A DNA stretch of 64,000 nucleotides from NCBI GenBank assembly GCA_951406725.2, contig OX597830.1, forward strand, positions 21,824,001 through 21,888,000. The letters are read 5' to 3'. This DNA is from Octopus vulgaris (taxonomy: Eukaryota). The position numbers and the translations under genes were made by a program. Below, piece after piece: positions 53,108 to 64,000 of this stretch. Position 1 is the first letter of the stretch, and each line of letters opens with the position of its first letter. Under the pieces are notes generated by a model. The model made no database searches and had not been told where the DNA came from. It saw nothing but the letters and a program-made list of their open reading frames with translations.

Positions 53108-53515
53108 GCGCAGGAGTGGGTGTGTAGTAAGTAGCTTGCTAACCAACCACATGGTTCCGGGTTCAGTCCCACTGCGTGGCACCTTCGGCAAGTGTCTTCT
53201 GCTATAGCCTCGGGCCGACCAAAGCCTTGTGAGTGGATTTGGTAGACGGAAACTGAAAAGAAGCCCGTCGTATATATGTACATATATATATGTGCATGTG
53301 TGTGTGTGTGTTTGTGTGTCTGTGTTTGTCCCCCTAGCATTGCTTGACAACCGATCCTGGTGTGTTTGTGTCCCCGATACTTAGCGGTTCGGCAAAAAAG
53401 ACCAATAGAATAAGTACTGGGCTTACAAAAAGAATAAGTCTCGGGGTCGAGTTGCTCGATTAAAGGCGGTGCTCCAGCATGGCCGCAGTCAAATGACTGA
53501 AACAAGTAAAAAAAA
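53107..53515 (+). mobile_element. Family A SINE, full length
   Basis: Consensus head, body and tail. Confidence 0.9.
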
Positions 53516-53966
53516 AAGCCTTTCCTAAGCTTCGAGTTGTCAAAGTTATAGTTGTTGTTATCCAAATTCCAATGGTGGAGCTTTTGTTTCCTTGCTAGAA
53601 ACCAGCTCCTTCCGTCTCAGAAGAACACTGATAATTAAATAGAAAGTAAAGGCATGCATACATATAATTTCGCATTTACGGCGTGGTTCACTCGGTAGTA
53701 TATTCCATGTGGACATCTGAACCACCATGCAACGACGACTCTTGAGGAACAGTGAACGACTTTTTCGAATGAACATAATTATACTCTACATTATGTATTG
53801 AATACTTTTTCTTATTCCCTTTGAACAATACGCACGCATGGACACACATGTATACACACATACATACAAACATGTATACGTACATACATACACACATATT
53901 TATATAAACGTGTATATATGCATATATATACATGTGTGTATGCATATATATATACATATATATAGA

Positions 53967-54010
<44 letters not shown>

Positions 54011-54018
<8 letters not shown>

Positions 54019-54282
54019 ATGTTACATTACTCGGTAGTCAAGATAAAACTCTGAGTTTCAGATGCCGAAGTGGAAATCCACAACACCATCTCTTCGGTTA
54101 TCTGGCTATTTCTGGAAATAGCCAGATAACCGAAGAGATGGTGTTGTGGATTTCCACTTCGGCATCTGAAACTCAGAGTTTTATCTTGACTACCGAGTAA
54201 TGTAACATATTGTATAGATAAATTTCCTCTATTTACATAATATTGAGGTCTCTTTCTTTCTTTTGTTATCTTACCGTTTTAT

Positions 54283-54283
<1 letters not shown>
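54011..54283. mobile_element. Perfect fold-back element (102-bp arms) with an HHR in each arm, within (TA)n
   Basis: 54011-54112 is the exact reverse complement of 54115-54216. The HHR agataa-CCGAAGA-gatg..catc-t-GAAA-ctc a gag-TT-ttatct lies at 54124-54186 (+) and 54041-54103 (-). Confidence 0.85.
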
Positions 54284-54323
<40 letters not shown>

Positions 54324-54341
54324 CATACATACATACATACA

Positions 54342-54373
<32 letters not shown>

Positions 54374-55507
54374 GTGTAACCGGTCGAAACTGCTGGGAAA
54401 ATCTGGAACTCGACTGAAGATAGAAAACTCGGAATGACCCGTCCTTGTTTTTTCCTGTCCTTTTTTGTATCGTTTAACTGTCCGGATGTTTTGTTGTTGC
54501 CTGATACGTTCGTGTTCCATTTTTTGTTTTCCTTACAGCTGTTTCTTACGCATTTTTAAATAGAAGAATGAGAACATTACTTCATTATAAAAAACCGTAA
54601 TCACCAGATGAAACGCAGTTTTACAAACAAAAGAATATCCCAAGAATACAGCAGGGACGTGGCTAAAGAACAAAGATAGGAGGGCAGAGATACACAGAAT
54701 TTAGGGGTATTCTGTGGATATAGGTTGAACGTTGGGAGAGAGTACGAAGACAATCGAATGATAAGTTCTAACTGTTAAGGAATTGTAGTGTTTTGTGCGA
54801 CTGATTTATCTGGTAAAGGAGAAAGATGTAGGGTGTTGTTTTAGATATGAATATGTTATATGGGATAGTGGTGACCGCTTGTAATATTAAGACATGTTTG
54901 TCTGGAGAGTGGCAATAGTCAAGTACTATTTATCATTAAGGAGTTCAAAGAAAGAGAGTGTTATATAATAAACTACACCGAGTACCGAGTTGTAGGAAAT
55001 ACCAGATCGGATATCAAAGAAAACCAGCAGTTGGAAGTAGTCTAATGATTAATAATTTGTAATGTTATACAGGTGACGTTGATATTATTTAATTAGATAG
55101 AACAATCACCATTGTGTGAAACAGGTAATGCAGCTCCGGACAATGGTCACAGGTAAGAGGTTTGGATAGTGTGTTCCATCAATTATTTAACATGCGCAGC
55201 ACAAATAACTGCATCTAGGTATAAGGATTACTTACTTATTGGAATTGGAAAAGAACTGGCTAGGGTGTACAGGCTGCTACTTGTAGGTTAGATATTTTCG
55301 CTATCACTAATGCGTAATACTGGGTACCCCACAAAAAGAATGGTCAGTTCCTTCAATATAGCATACCATGCAAGTATAGTAAGAGTGGTTAGGAAGAAAT
55401 GGTAAAGAAAAACGAAACTATAAGGACTCAAAACAATTAAGCAGATCAATCGCCTTTTAGGTCACCAATAGAGGGAGTATATTAGATTGGCCCAAGGTTA
55501 GGAGCTA

Positions 55508-56256
55508 TTATAGAGGTTGTTTAATGTCCTTAAAATATTTAAAGGTACGGGTAGCATCATAAATACAGGAAAGACGACGATCTAGTTTATTATTTATTAG
55601 ATTTTCACTATTTGATCTCTTTAAAATTTCAAACAGCTCCATGCAACAAAGCCTGCACCCGTATCTGCTGTTTGAGTACGGTTTAGCGACCTTAATGATG
55701 GCTCAACTCAAATCAAATTTAACATTGTCGTCCTTGAGTTCCCAAATCTTTATAGCTAGAGAAGCCCTGCCTGCCCTATGTCTTAATTTAAAGGAAGAAT
55801 AATGGTTACGTAAGCGTTGCTTGAGATTTACGGAGCAGCCGATATAAATATAAATATTGGTCTCAACATTACGTTTGTAAACTACATTTACTGCTAGACA
55901 TTGATCAGGAAGTGGACATGACGTTTTGTCTAAACAATTACACCCAATATTTTCTAAGACATGAAATTTATTATTACGGGTACGCGATCCTACGTTATTA
56001 CGTTCAAGCTCGCGAGAGTTACCGCTGTTTGCATGGTTGTTACCGATGTTTATATTACTAGAATCATTACAATTATAATTAGTTTCCGAGCCCAGGGTCG
56101 CAGAATGTGGGTACTGAGCATTGTCGTGAAAGATTTGGCTTTCAGATAGTGACACTAGAGGGTCGAGTGTGGGCGGTATAACGGAAACATTTTCAGCACA
56201 AGTGTTAGTGTTCTGTGCACTGAGAATATCGACAACATGAATAAAAGTAGGTGAGA
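55508..56256 (-). pseudogene. Neptune-type PLE GIY-YIG endonuclease with Zn-knuckle; one in-frame TGA at a conserved Trp
   Basis: CNCLDKTSCPLPDQCLAVNVVYK..YIGCSVNLKQRLRNHYSSF..LAIKIWELK..LS*AIIKVAKPYSNSRYGCRLCCMELFEIL..NLINNK..C. Confidence 0.85.
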
Positions 56257-56286
56257 GGGATATTCTTTTGTTTGTAAAATTACGTT

Positions 56287-56376
56287 TCATCTGATGATTG
56301 CGGTTTTTTTTTTTTTTGTAATGAAGTAATATTCTCATCCTTCTATTAAAAAATTAGTAAGAAACAGCTGTAATGA
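56287..56376 (+). ncRNA. Type I hammerhead ribozyme with very long stem II
   Basis: tcat-CTGATGA-ttgc...gtaa-GAAA-ca gc tg-TA-atga. The inverted copy at 54528-54613 has ttacg...cgtaa in stem II. Confidence 0.75.
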
Positions 56377-57426
56377 GCTAACAATTAACCATCGTCTGTT
56401 ATTATTCATTTGATTGTAATACACCAAAGGGATTTACGACTTGTCGGACAGCCTAGAGTATACCAATAATATACATTTCAACGTAACGCGTGTTTTGTCC
56501 CAGCTCGTGGGCGCTAAATACTCATACGATTGGTTTTCTCTGTGTAGACAACCGGAATATCCTATTTGATACTTACCAACTATAAGCCGGAACCACAGGT
56601 TAATCCAACCCTACCTAGTGCATATCTTTTAAAGTACCTGATTCTATCTGAATCCTTATTTAATTATATATATGTTAATACAAGAAGATGGCTTGAACAA
56701 GCTTTATTTCAAATCACTACAATCGTTTCAACGCATCATTATCAGCTGTTAATTGCTGAATGCTAGATTAATTACACACAATATTGTATTAATATGATTC
56801 AACAATAGCTGTATACATGCGCATCGTCGGGTGACCAGAGTTAAAGCACTGCTATATCATCTTGAGTTTTCTCCAAATCTTACAGATATAACGAAGTACT
56901 ACGTTTAGTATTTCTCTGGCAAAGAAGGACAAGGAAAGACAAAGAGATACAAATTAGAAAAAAAAAACAAGAAAAATAAATTAAGGTGAATTTTTAAGAT
57001 AATGAATAAAGAAACAACATATTCATTCGAATTTAACCACAAGCGTGTCTGAAATTTTAGGAAAATAAAAAAGAACATTTAAAGATAAGAATATCGTAAA
57101 AGATGAAATGTTAACAATTACCTGTCTCTTGTGTCTGTTACCGTTCCACATCAAAGAAAACCCGTAACACATGCTCTCTTCCTTAACACAGAAGGATATC
57201 AAAATCTATCACCATACAGACTTAATTTCGAATATATAGTATCGCTACGACAGTCTTTATCTCTGTTGCTTCAAGTCATTAAGAAATGCTGGTAAACTAA
57301 CAAATTTACTTGCACACACATTTATATACATATACATACATATATATATATATGTGTGTGTGTGTGTATGTATATATATATGTATGTATGTATGTATTTA
57401 TGTATGTATGTATGTATGTATGTATG

Positions 57427-57517
<91 letters not shown>

Positions 57518-57716
57518 GTCGCCATGATAGATCGTTAGCCACTACACACATTTTTTCTCTCCTTGTTTCTTTCGTTTTTTCTGTGTTCCTTTCTGTAGAA
57601 GAGCGTAGGCCCGAAACGTAAAAGACTTTTTCTATTCCTGAGCATTATATTAATACACCTGTTTGTTTTGTACACCACCTGTCTTCGTCTTTTGTTTGTT
57701 TTTTTTCGTAAACTCT

Positions 57717-57720
<4 letters not shown>
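57518..57720 (+). mobile_element. Short PLE pLTR-like insert in (TA)n with a minimal HHR (57589-57624)
   Basis: cttt-CTGTAGA-a-gagc gtag gccc-GAAAC-GTA-aaag, with T-rich flanks and (TA)n on both sides. Confidence 0.65.
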
Positions 57721-57814
<94 letters not shown>

Positions 57815-58043
57815 TTATTTAACACTGATGTACATACATGTGTATATACATGCATATATTTATCCAAACATACACTCACGCTTTTCATTCTCATGGATGT
57901 CTACCCATTCATATTACTCTACTTATGAAACCTACATTCACGATCATAAATTAATGCTTTTTACCTATTTATACCGATTCGTTTGAAATTATGAATTTAT
58001 ACTTAAAAGGGAATTTAATACTGCAGGACAGTAGTTCCCAACG

Positions 58044-58095
<52 letters not shown>

Positions 58096-58099
<4 letters not shown>

Positions 58100-58390
58100 C
58101 CCCTTTGATTATTATTTTATTCTGGTGGACGCCCCAAAGCCATTCAATGTTTAAAAACTAATTTTCTAGATACTTCTTTCAAAATTCATATTTTGTTTGC
58201 CATGCATTCACTTGCGTAGGTTAAACTATACAAAATGGCAGAGAAAGAAGCATAACCGATTCTTGCAATAAATACATTCAATGCAAATGTTCTCCACGGG
58301 CCAATGAAATACTGCTGTGGATCACCAGTTTACTGTTTTTCTTATGTGAACCCCACAAAATCTTATACGGACCCCGGTTGAGAAGCACGG
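58096..58390. mobile_element. hAT-type MITE remnant
   Basis: End ggaccccggttgagaagcacgg resembles the cagtggttctcaacc TIR class, with repeated g(g/a)acccc subterminal motifs. Confidence 0.5.
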
Positions 58391-58520
58391 CCCCGGAGTA
58401 AACTTATAAGGTTTGTTCGTACAGACTTACATCGTTCCACATATCGTGATATGTTTATTCACATACAACAATACTACTATAGAAATACATTCAATGTTTA
58501 TTCTATATATATACACCTCG

Positions 58521-58574
<54 letters not shown>

Positions 58575-58598
58575 ATGTATGTATGTATGTATGTATGC

Positions 58599-58665
<67 letters not shown>

Positions 58666-58702
58666 TATATATATATATACATACACATATATACATATAT
58701 AT

Positions 58703-58747
<45 letters not shown>

Positions 58748-58826
58748 AAGTACATCTCTCCTATAGTTACAATTTTAACCAAACAACTTTATACACGTAC
58801 AAACTATTATGAAATTGAATTAGATT

Positions 58827-58941
<115 letters not shown>

Positions 58942-58959
58942 TGATAGATAGACAGACAG

Positions 58960-58999
<40 letters not shown>

Positions 59000-59419
59000 A
59001 AACACATACATACATACACAAATAAATAGAGAGTAAGAGAGGAGAGAAAGACATCAATATAATAATACAAATTAAAAAGATTAAATTAAAAGCTCAATAA
59101 TTACATTTGTAAGTAAACAAATGACTGTTGTGATATCAAATATCAAAGGTTTCTTCCAAATTCCAAAAGCGAGCTTTTAAGTCTTTGGTTACATTTTTGA
59201 ACAATTCCAGAATATTTGCTGTCACTGCATATTATGACGCGTAGTGTCTCTCTTCCAAGCATAGGCTACACGAATCTGACTATGTATTGTACGGGTATGC
59301 ATTCCATATCACAGGCAAAGTTACGTTGCGTTGCATCTTTTTCTGTTTAAGGTTCCAGATTAGATCAGCCAGTGATGTGTATTGTCTTATGCAGATATTG
59401 TTAAATGATGCAATGTGGT

Positions 59420-59702
59420 TTCTTCAACGATGCTTGAAGGCCATTCGGCTCATGATCGTAAGGTCGTGAGTTCAATTCCCAACGACACGCTGTGTCCTTG
59501 AGCAAGACACTTCATTTCACGTTGCTCTACTCAGCTGGCGAAAATGAGTAGTACCTGTATTTCAAAGGGCCAGCCTTGTCACACTCTGTGTCGCGCTGAA
59601 TCTCCCTGAGAACTACGTTAAGGGTACATGTGTCTGTGGAGTGCTCAGCCACTTGCACACTAATTTCACGAGCAAACTATTCCGTTGATCGTATCAGCTG
59701 GC
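59420..59702 (+). mobile_element. tRNA SINE, family D (Meta-like domain); related copy at 61084-61435 (-)
   Basis: ggtcgtgagttcaattccc..gtgtccttgagcaagacact..ccacttgcac(a/g)(c/t)taatttcacgagca. Confidence 0.8.
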
Positions 59703-59949
59703 CTCCTACAATAAATGCATATACATGTGCACTCGTTCTGACAGTACAAATGTATACAGCCATACCAATATATTCTCAAATACATCTAATGATATATTGT
59801 CTACATGTGTATAACGATAGTCATTTGCATAGTTACTCCTGTTCCTGGATTAATTACTCCTGTAACGGATGTCCAGTTAAATGTCTATCATTAAAAGGAC
59901 TCACTTTTTTTTCTGAGTAAAACTCAAAACGATGTCACGACCAATAACA

Positions 59950-60760
59950 CTCAATATTTGTTGCCAACAATATGGCCTGGATTGGCAGCAAACAACAGAT
60001 GTAATGCACACAACAGATGGATCGGTGCAGTTGTTGTGTGGTGTCTAAAACACCAGAAGAGACCAGCCGGAAATCTTCCAAGGTAATGAGAAGACAATTG
60101 AGTTAAACAATTCGGGCCTAATTCGTCTAGCATTTAGGCAACAAGCAAATTCAAAAGACGTTGATTAATAGAAAGTTTAAAGGACTGAATATGAGAAACC
60201 AGAAGAAAAGATGATGGTGATGAGCTCCGGAGAAAATCAGTCCGAGGAAAGAAGAAGAGAGCTAACACGAAGCTCAACAATGAAGCTACGCGCCTGAGAA
60301 GAGAAGCGGGTGATACAGTTAAAGGTCTTGACAGAGTATACTAGATCTCTATCTATAAAATTCATCAGAATGATCATGTAAAGTTTAACGGAGAAAAGGC
60401 AATGGAATTATTTATGGAAAAGACACAGAGGAGATACATTACGACGATGAGCTTAAGACTCCAATTCAGTGGAAAGAAGAGGACATATGTTAAAGACTGG
60501 ATTCCGAATTCGATCAACAATTTTTGACACACAGAAGTAACACCAGCCTAAATATGACAGCAGTATTCAATACATACTCTTGGATATAAGAATCTTGCGA
60601 ACACAGAAAAGGATTCCAAGCTTCTTGGCAGCCAATTTGGCAATGAGCTGAACATATTTGTTCCAAAAGAGATTATTGATCAAAATCAAACGAAGTCAGA
60701 TAGATTCTAGAAGATCAAACTCGTCCATAGTAATGGATGGAAGGAATGGCTGCGATTAAT
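59950..60760 (+). pseudogene. Possible highly decayed LINE coding remnant (R4-like?)
   Basis: Purine-rich, coding-like composition without an intact ORF, and only weak motif echoes. Confidence 0.3.
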
Positions 60761-60769
60761 TGACAAAAG

Positions 60770-61045
60770 CTTTGCCTTGCCAACATTACCTTGTCTTTAC
60801 CCCGCTCGACGACCCCGCGAAGATCATCCTCAAGAAACGCAGACCGTTAGGTTGTTGCTGGGAATAGACATTTTGTCTAGCAACCATAGGCATCTGTAGG
60901 TGTAAATATAAATTAGCCAACCAACAACTAACACCTGTTGCTAGAAATACTTTTGGGCTTAGCAACAGCAAGGGTCTCTAACAGAAATATACCTTGGCCT
61001 AGCAACAGTAACATCACTTACAGTTTGCAGTTTGGCATAACAAAA

Positions 61046-61083
<38 letters not shown>

Positions 61084-61656
61084 GTTGGCACTCCGTCGCT
61101 TACGACGACGAGGGTTCCAGTTGATCCGATCGACAGAACAGCCTGCTCGTGAAATTAACGTGCAAGTGGTTGAGCACTCCACAGACACGTGTATCCTTAA
61201 CGTAGTTCTTAGGGAGATTCAGCTTGACAAAGAATGTAACAAGGCTGGCCCTTTGAAACACATGTACAACAGAAGCAGGAAGAAAGAGTAAGAGAAAGTT
61301 ATGGTGAAAGAGTACAGCAGGGTTCCCCACCACCCCCTGCCGAAGCCTCGTGGAGGTTTAGGAGTTTTCGCTCAATAAGCACTCACAACTAAGACCGCGA
61401 GTCTGCTGCTCTAACCACTGGGCCATTGCGCCCCCGTAACATATTTCTACTATATATATATAACTTTTTGTCTTCTCTCCTGGTGCTGTATGAACATTTA
61501 ATGTGATTTTAGAGTCAAGTTTGGGCTGCTATTTCCAGCGTGGAGGTATCTCTTAGATACCCTAAATTATAATTTGAGTAATAATTATTACCTTTGAAGA
61601 TTTTTATTTCCATGCTAGCCACTTGATAAGATCGATATTTAAATTAACGGTCTTAT

Positions 61657-61723
<67 letters not shown>

Positions 61724-61803
61724 AAAAGAATGAAATATAATTAATTTAATAAAATTAATAAATTTCACCTAGTAGTTTTATCGGTATGGAAAAGACCATA
61801 TTT

Positions 61804-61860
<57 letters not shown>

Positions 61861-63220
61861 AGATAGGGGTTGTAAATTCAACCCTCCATGGGATAACATA
61901 TATCCAATATACTGCTTACGCGTGGAGTTTTGTCTAGCAACAACTGAAAACTATTGTCAGAAATAAAGTTTTGACCGGCAGCAATTTAACCTCTGTTGTC
62001 AGAAATATAGTTTCATGTCGCAAAGAACAAATCTTATTCTGAGAGTATTATTCGGTCGAGCAGACAAAGACATCTGTTGCGAGACGTATTCTTTGGCTTG
62101 GCAACAACTTGTATCTGCCACTAAAAATATAACTTGCCCTACCAACAGCATACATCTATTTGGAATATAGTTCAGTTTAGAAATAGTAGAAACCTGTTGC
62201 TAGAAATATTGTTTAAGCTACCAACAGCATACATTCGTTGCTAGAAATTGAGCCTTGTCAAGTAATATCTAACATCCGTTGCGAGGGAAATAGCTTGGTC
62301 TTCCAATAATACACATCACTTTCTAGGAATATTGTTTGGCTAAGCTAAACAGGTATCTCATTTGGGCTTGGGATAGTGTACACATGTTACTAGGAATATA
62401 CACACACACACGCGCGCATGCATACATACACATACACACACACGCACATACACACATAGCTACAGTTTATTCCTACTCGAGCCATGCCTGGCTCATAAGG
62501 GCCGGTTTCCCGGTTTCCTTGGCGTATAGGTTCCCCACCTGGACGGGACGCCGGTCCGTCGCAGTTGAGCTGCAAGATGCAGGAGGAAAGAGTGAGAGAA
62601 AGTTGTGGCGAAAGAGTCAGCAGAAGTTCGCCATTACCTTCTGATGGAGCCGCGTGGAGCTTAGGTGTTTTGCTCATAAACACACACTTCGCCAGGTCTG
62701 AGATTCGAACCCGCGATCCCTCGACCGCGAGTCCGCTGCTCTAACCACTAGGCCATGTACTACAATATATACCTCTGTTAACAGAAATTGAGTTTCATCT
62801 CTAAATTTGACATCTGTTGCTACCTTGGCCCAGCCGACATCTGTCGCCAGAAATATATTTTGGCTCAGTAACTGTGGACGTTTGTTGCAAAGAATATAGT
62901 TAGTATTAGCAACAGTAGATATCTGTTGCTAATAATATGGTTTGGGTTAGCAACAGCAGGCATCTGTAGTTAAGAATGTGGCCTGGACTAGCAACATCGG
63001 ACAACTGTTTCCAAGAATATAGTTTAAGCCAACAACAGCAGACATCTGTTGCTAAGAATGTAGTATGGGTTAGCAACAACTAACATCTGTTGCTAGAAAT
63101 ATAACTTGGCGTAGAAACAACTGACATCCGTTGCTAGTTATACAGTTTGGTCTAACAACGGCTGACATTTGTTGCAACAGTTATAGTTTGGCCTAGCAAC
63201 AGCAGGCATCTATTGCTGTA
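60770..63220. repeat. Degenerate 41-bp hairpin minisatellite, interrupted by SINEs and (TA)n inserts
   Basis: Consensus ~gacatctgttgctagaaatatagtttggcctagcaacagca, with starts at 62961, 63002, 63043, 63084, 63125, 63166 and 63207. Blocks lie at 60770-61040, 61930-62400 and 62770-63220. Confidence 0.9.
62465..62758 (-). mobile_element. Family C (V-domain-like) tRNA SINE
   Basis: Highly similar to 30085-30380. Confidence 0.88.
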
Positions 63221-63495
63221 TAAACGTATGTGTATCACAATGTTAAGAAGATGTAATTTGTCAAAATAATTAATAAAGCATTTATCTTCTTAACTCCAGT
63301 CTTTTAATTTGAACTGTATTCCGAGTAGAAGGAACATTGTGTGTGCGTGTGTGTGTGAGTGTGTATGTGTGTGCTTGAGTGTGTCTTATACACATACATA
63401 CGTCAGTGCGTTTCTGCGTGTCGTATTTTCATATACTACCTCAACACATACACACGCGGACACAAATACATACACACACATACATGCGTGAGTAT

Positions 63496-63536
<41 letters not shown>

Positions 63537-63672
63537 TGTGCATGTGTGTACAGCAAATGTACGTAGGTGTGACACAAGTATGAGAATGTATGTGTAGGTG
63601 AGTGTGTGCGTGTCTGCGTACGTGTGTGTATGTGTGGCGGGATAGCTGTGTTTGTTTGAGCGGGTGTGTGAT

Positions 63673-63703
<31 letters not shown>

Positions 63704-63866
63704 GCACGCGTGTATATATGTATATATGTATATATATTATATGCATGGATGTGCGTGAGGTATAGGCGATAAGAAGCGTAGCAATCAATAAGTAATGCGT
63801 GTACATATTCATATAAATATTCACACGTATATATGTACATATGTGTATGCATATGTGTGTATATAA

Positions 63867-63919
<53 letters not shown>

Positions 63920-64000
63920 TGTGCTTGTGTGTGTATATATATATATACATACATGCATACATACATATATATATATATACATGTATATATATATATACAC

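Larger units (their letters stand above)
54528..56376 (-). mobile_element. RT-less Penelope-like element bounded by inverted HHR-containing repeats
   Basis: 54533-54641 and 56257-56373 are diverged inverted repeats, each an HHR, with a GIY-YIG coding region inside. Confidence 0.8.

Noticed and set aside
52864-53565. 233-aa ORF with 17-aa repeats
   Set aside because: It is an antisense translation of a SINE plus the 17-bp tandem repeat.
60770-63220. CRISPR-like look of regularly spaced palindromic repeats
   Set aside because: The intervening sequences are homologous to each other rather than unique spacers, there are no cas genes, and the context is eukaryotic.

Overview
AT-rich eukaryotic non-coding DNA with an extreme density of microsatellites ((TA)n, (TATG)n, (TAGA)n, (CA)n, (AAT)n, (CTT)n). 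The SINE families and repeat landscape point to an Octopus-type coleoid cephalopod genome (inference). No host protein-coding gene can be supported, and nearly all ORF-track entries are microsatellite translations. Recognisable content: several tRNA-derived SINE families, decayed LINEs (RTE-like, Tx1/L1-like, probable R4-like), a full-length mariner, a deleted maT (DD37D) element, two Helitrons, a Helentron-type HINE and three Penelope-like (PLE) coding remnants. The main hidden signal is a dense, diverse set of minimal type I hammerhead ribozyme (HHR) motifs: about a dozen loci, intact to degenerate, with palindromic stem III and non-canonical cores (CCGANGA, CUGUAGA, extra A, purine-purine first pair of stem II). 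Several sit in short non-coding elements embedded in (TA)n, and three of these are fold-back palindromes with a ribozyme in each arm. One HHR follows a tRNA-like Pol III head, and an inverted HHR pair flanks an RT-less GIY-YIG endonuclease remnant. There is also an old 41-bp hairpin minisatellite with compensatory changes and RFX-like half-sites, plus several promoter-like motif clusters.
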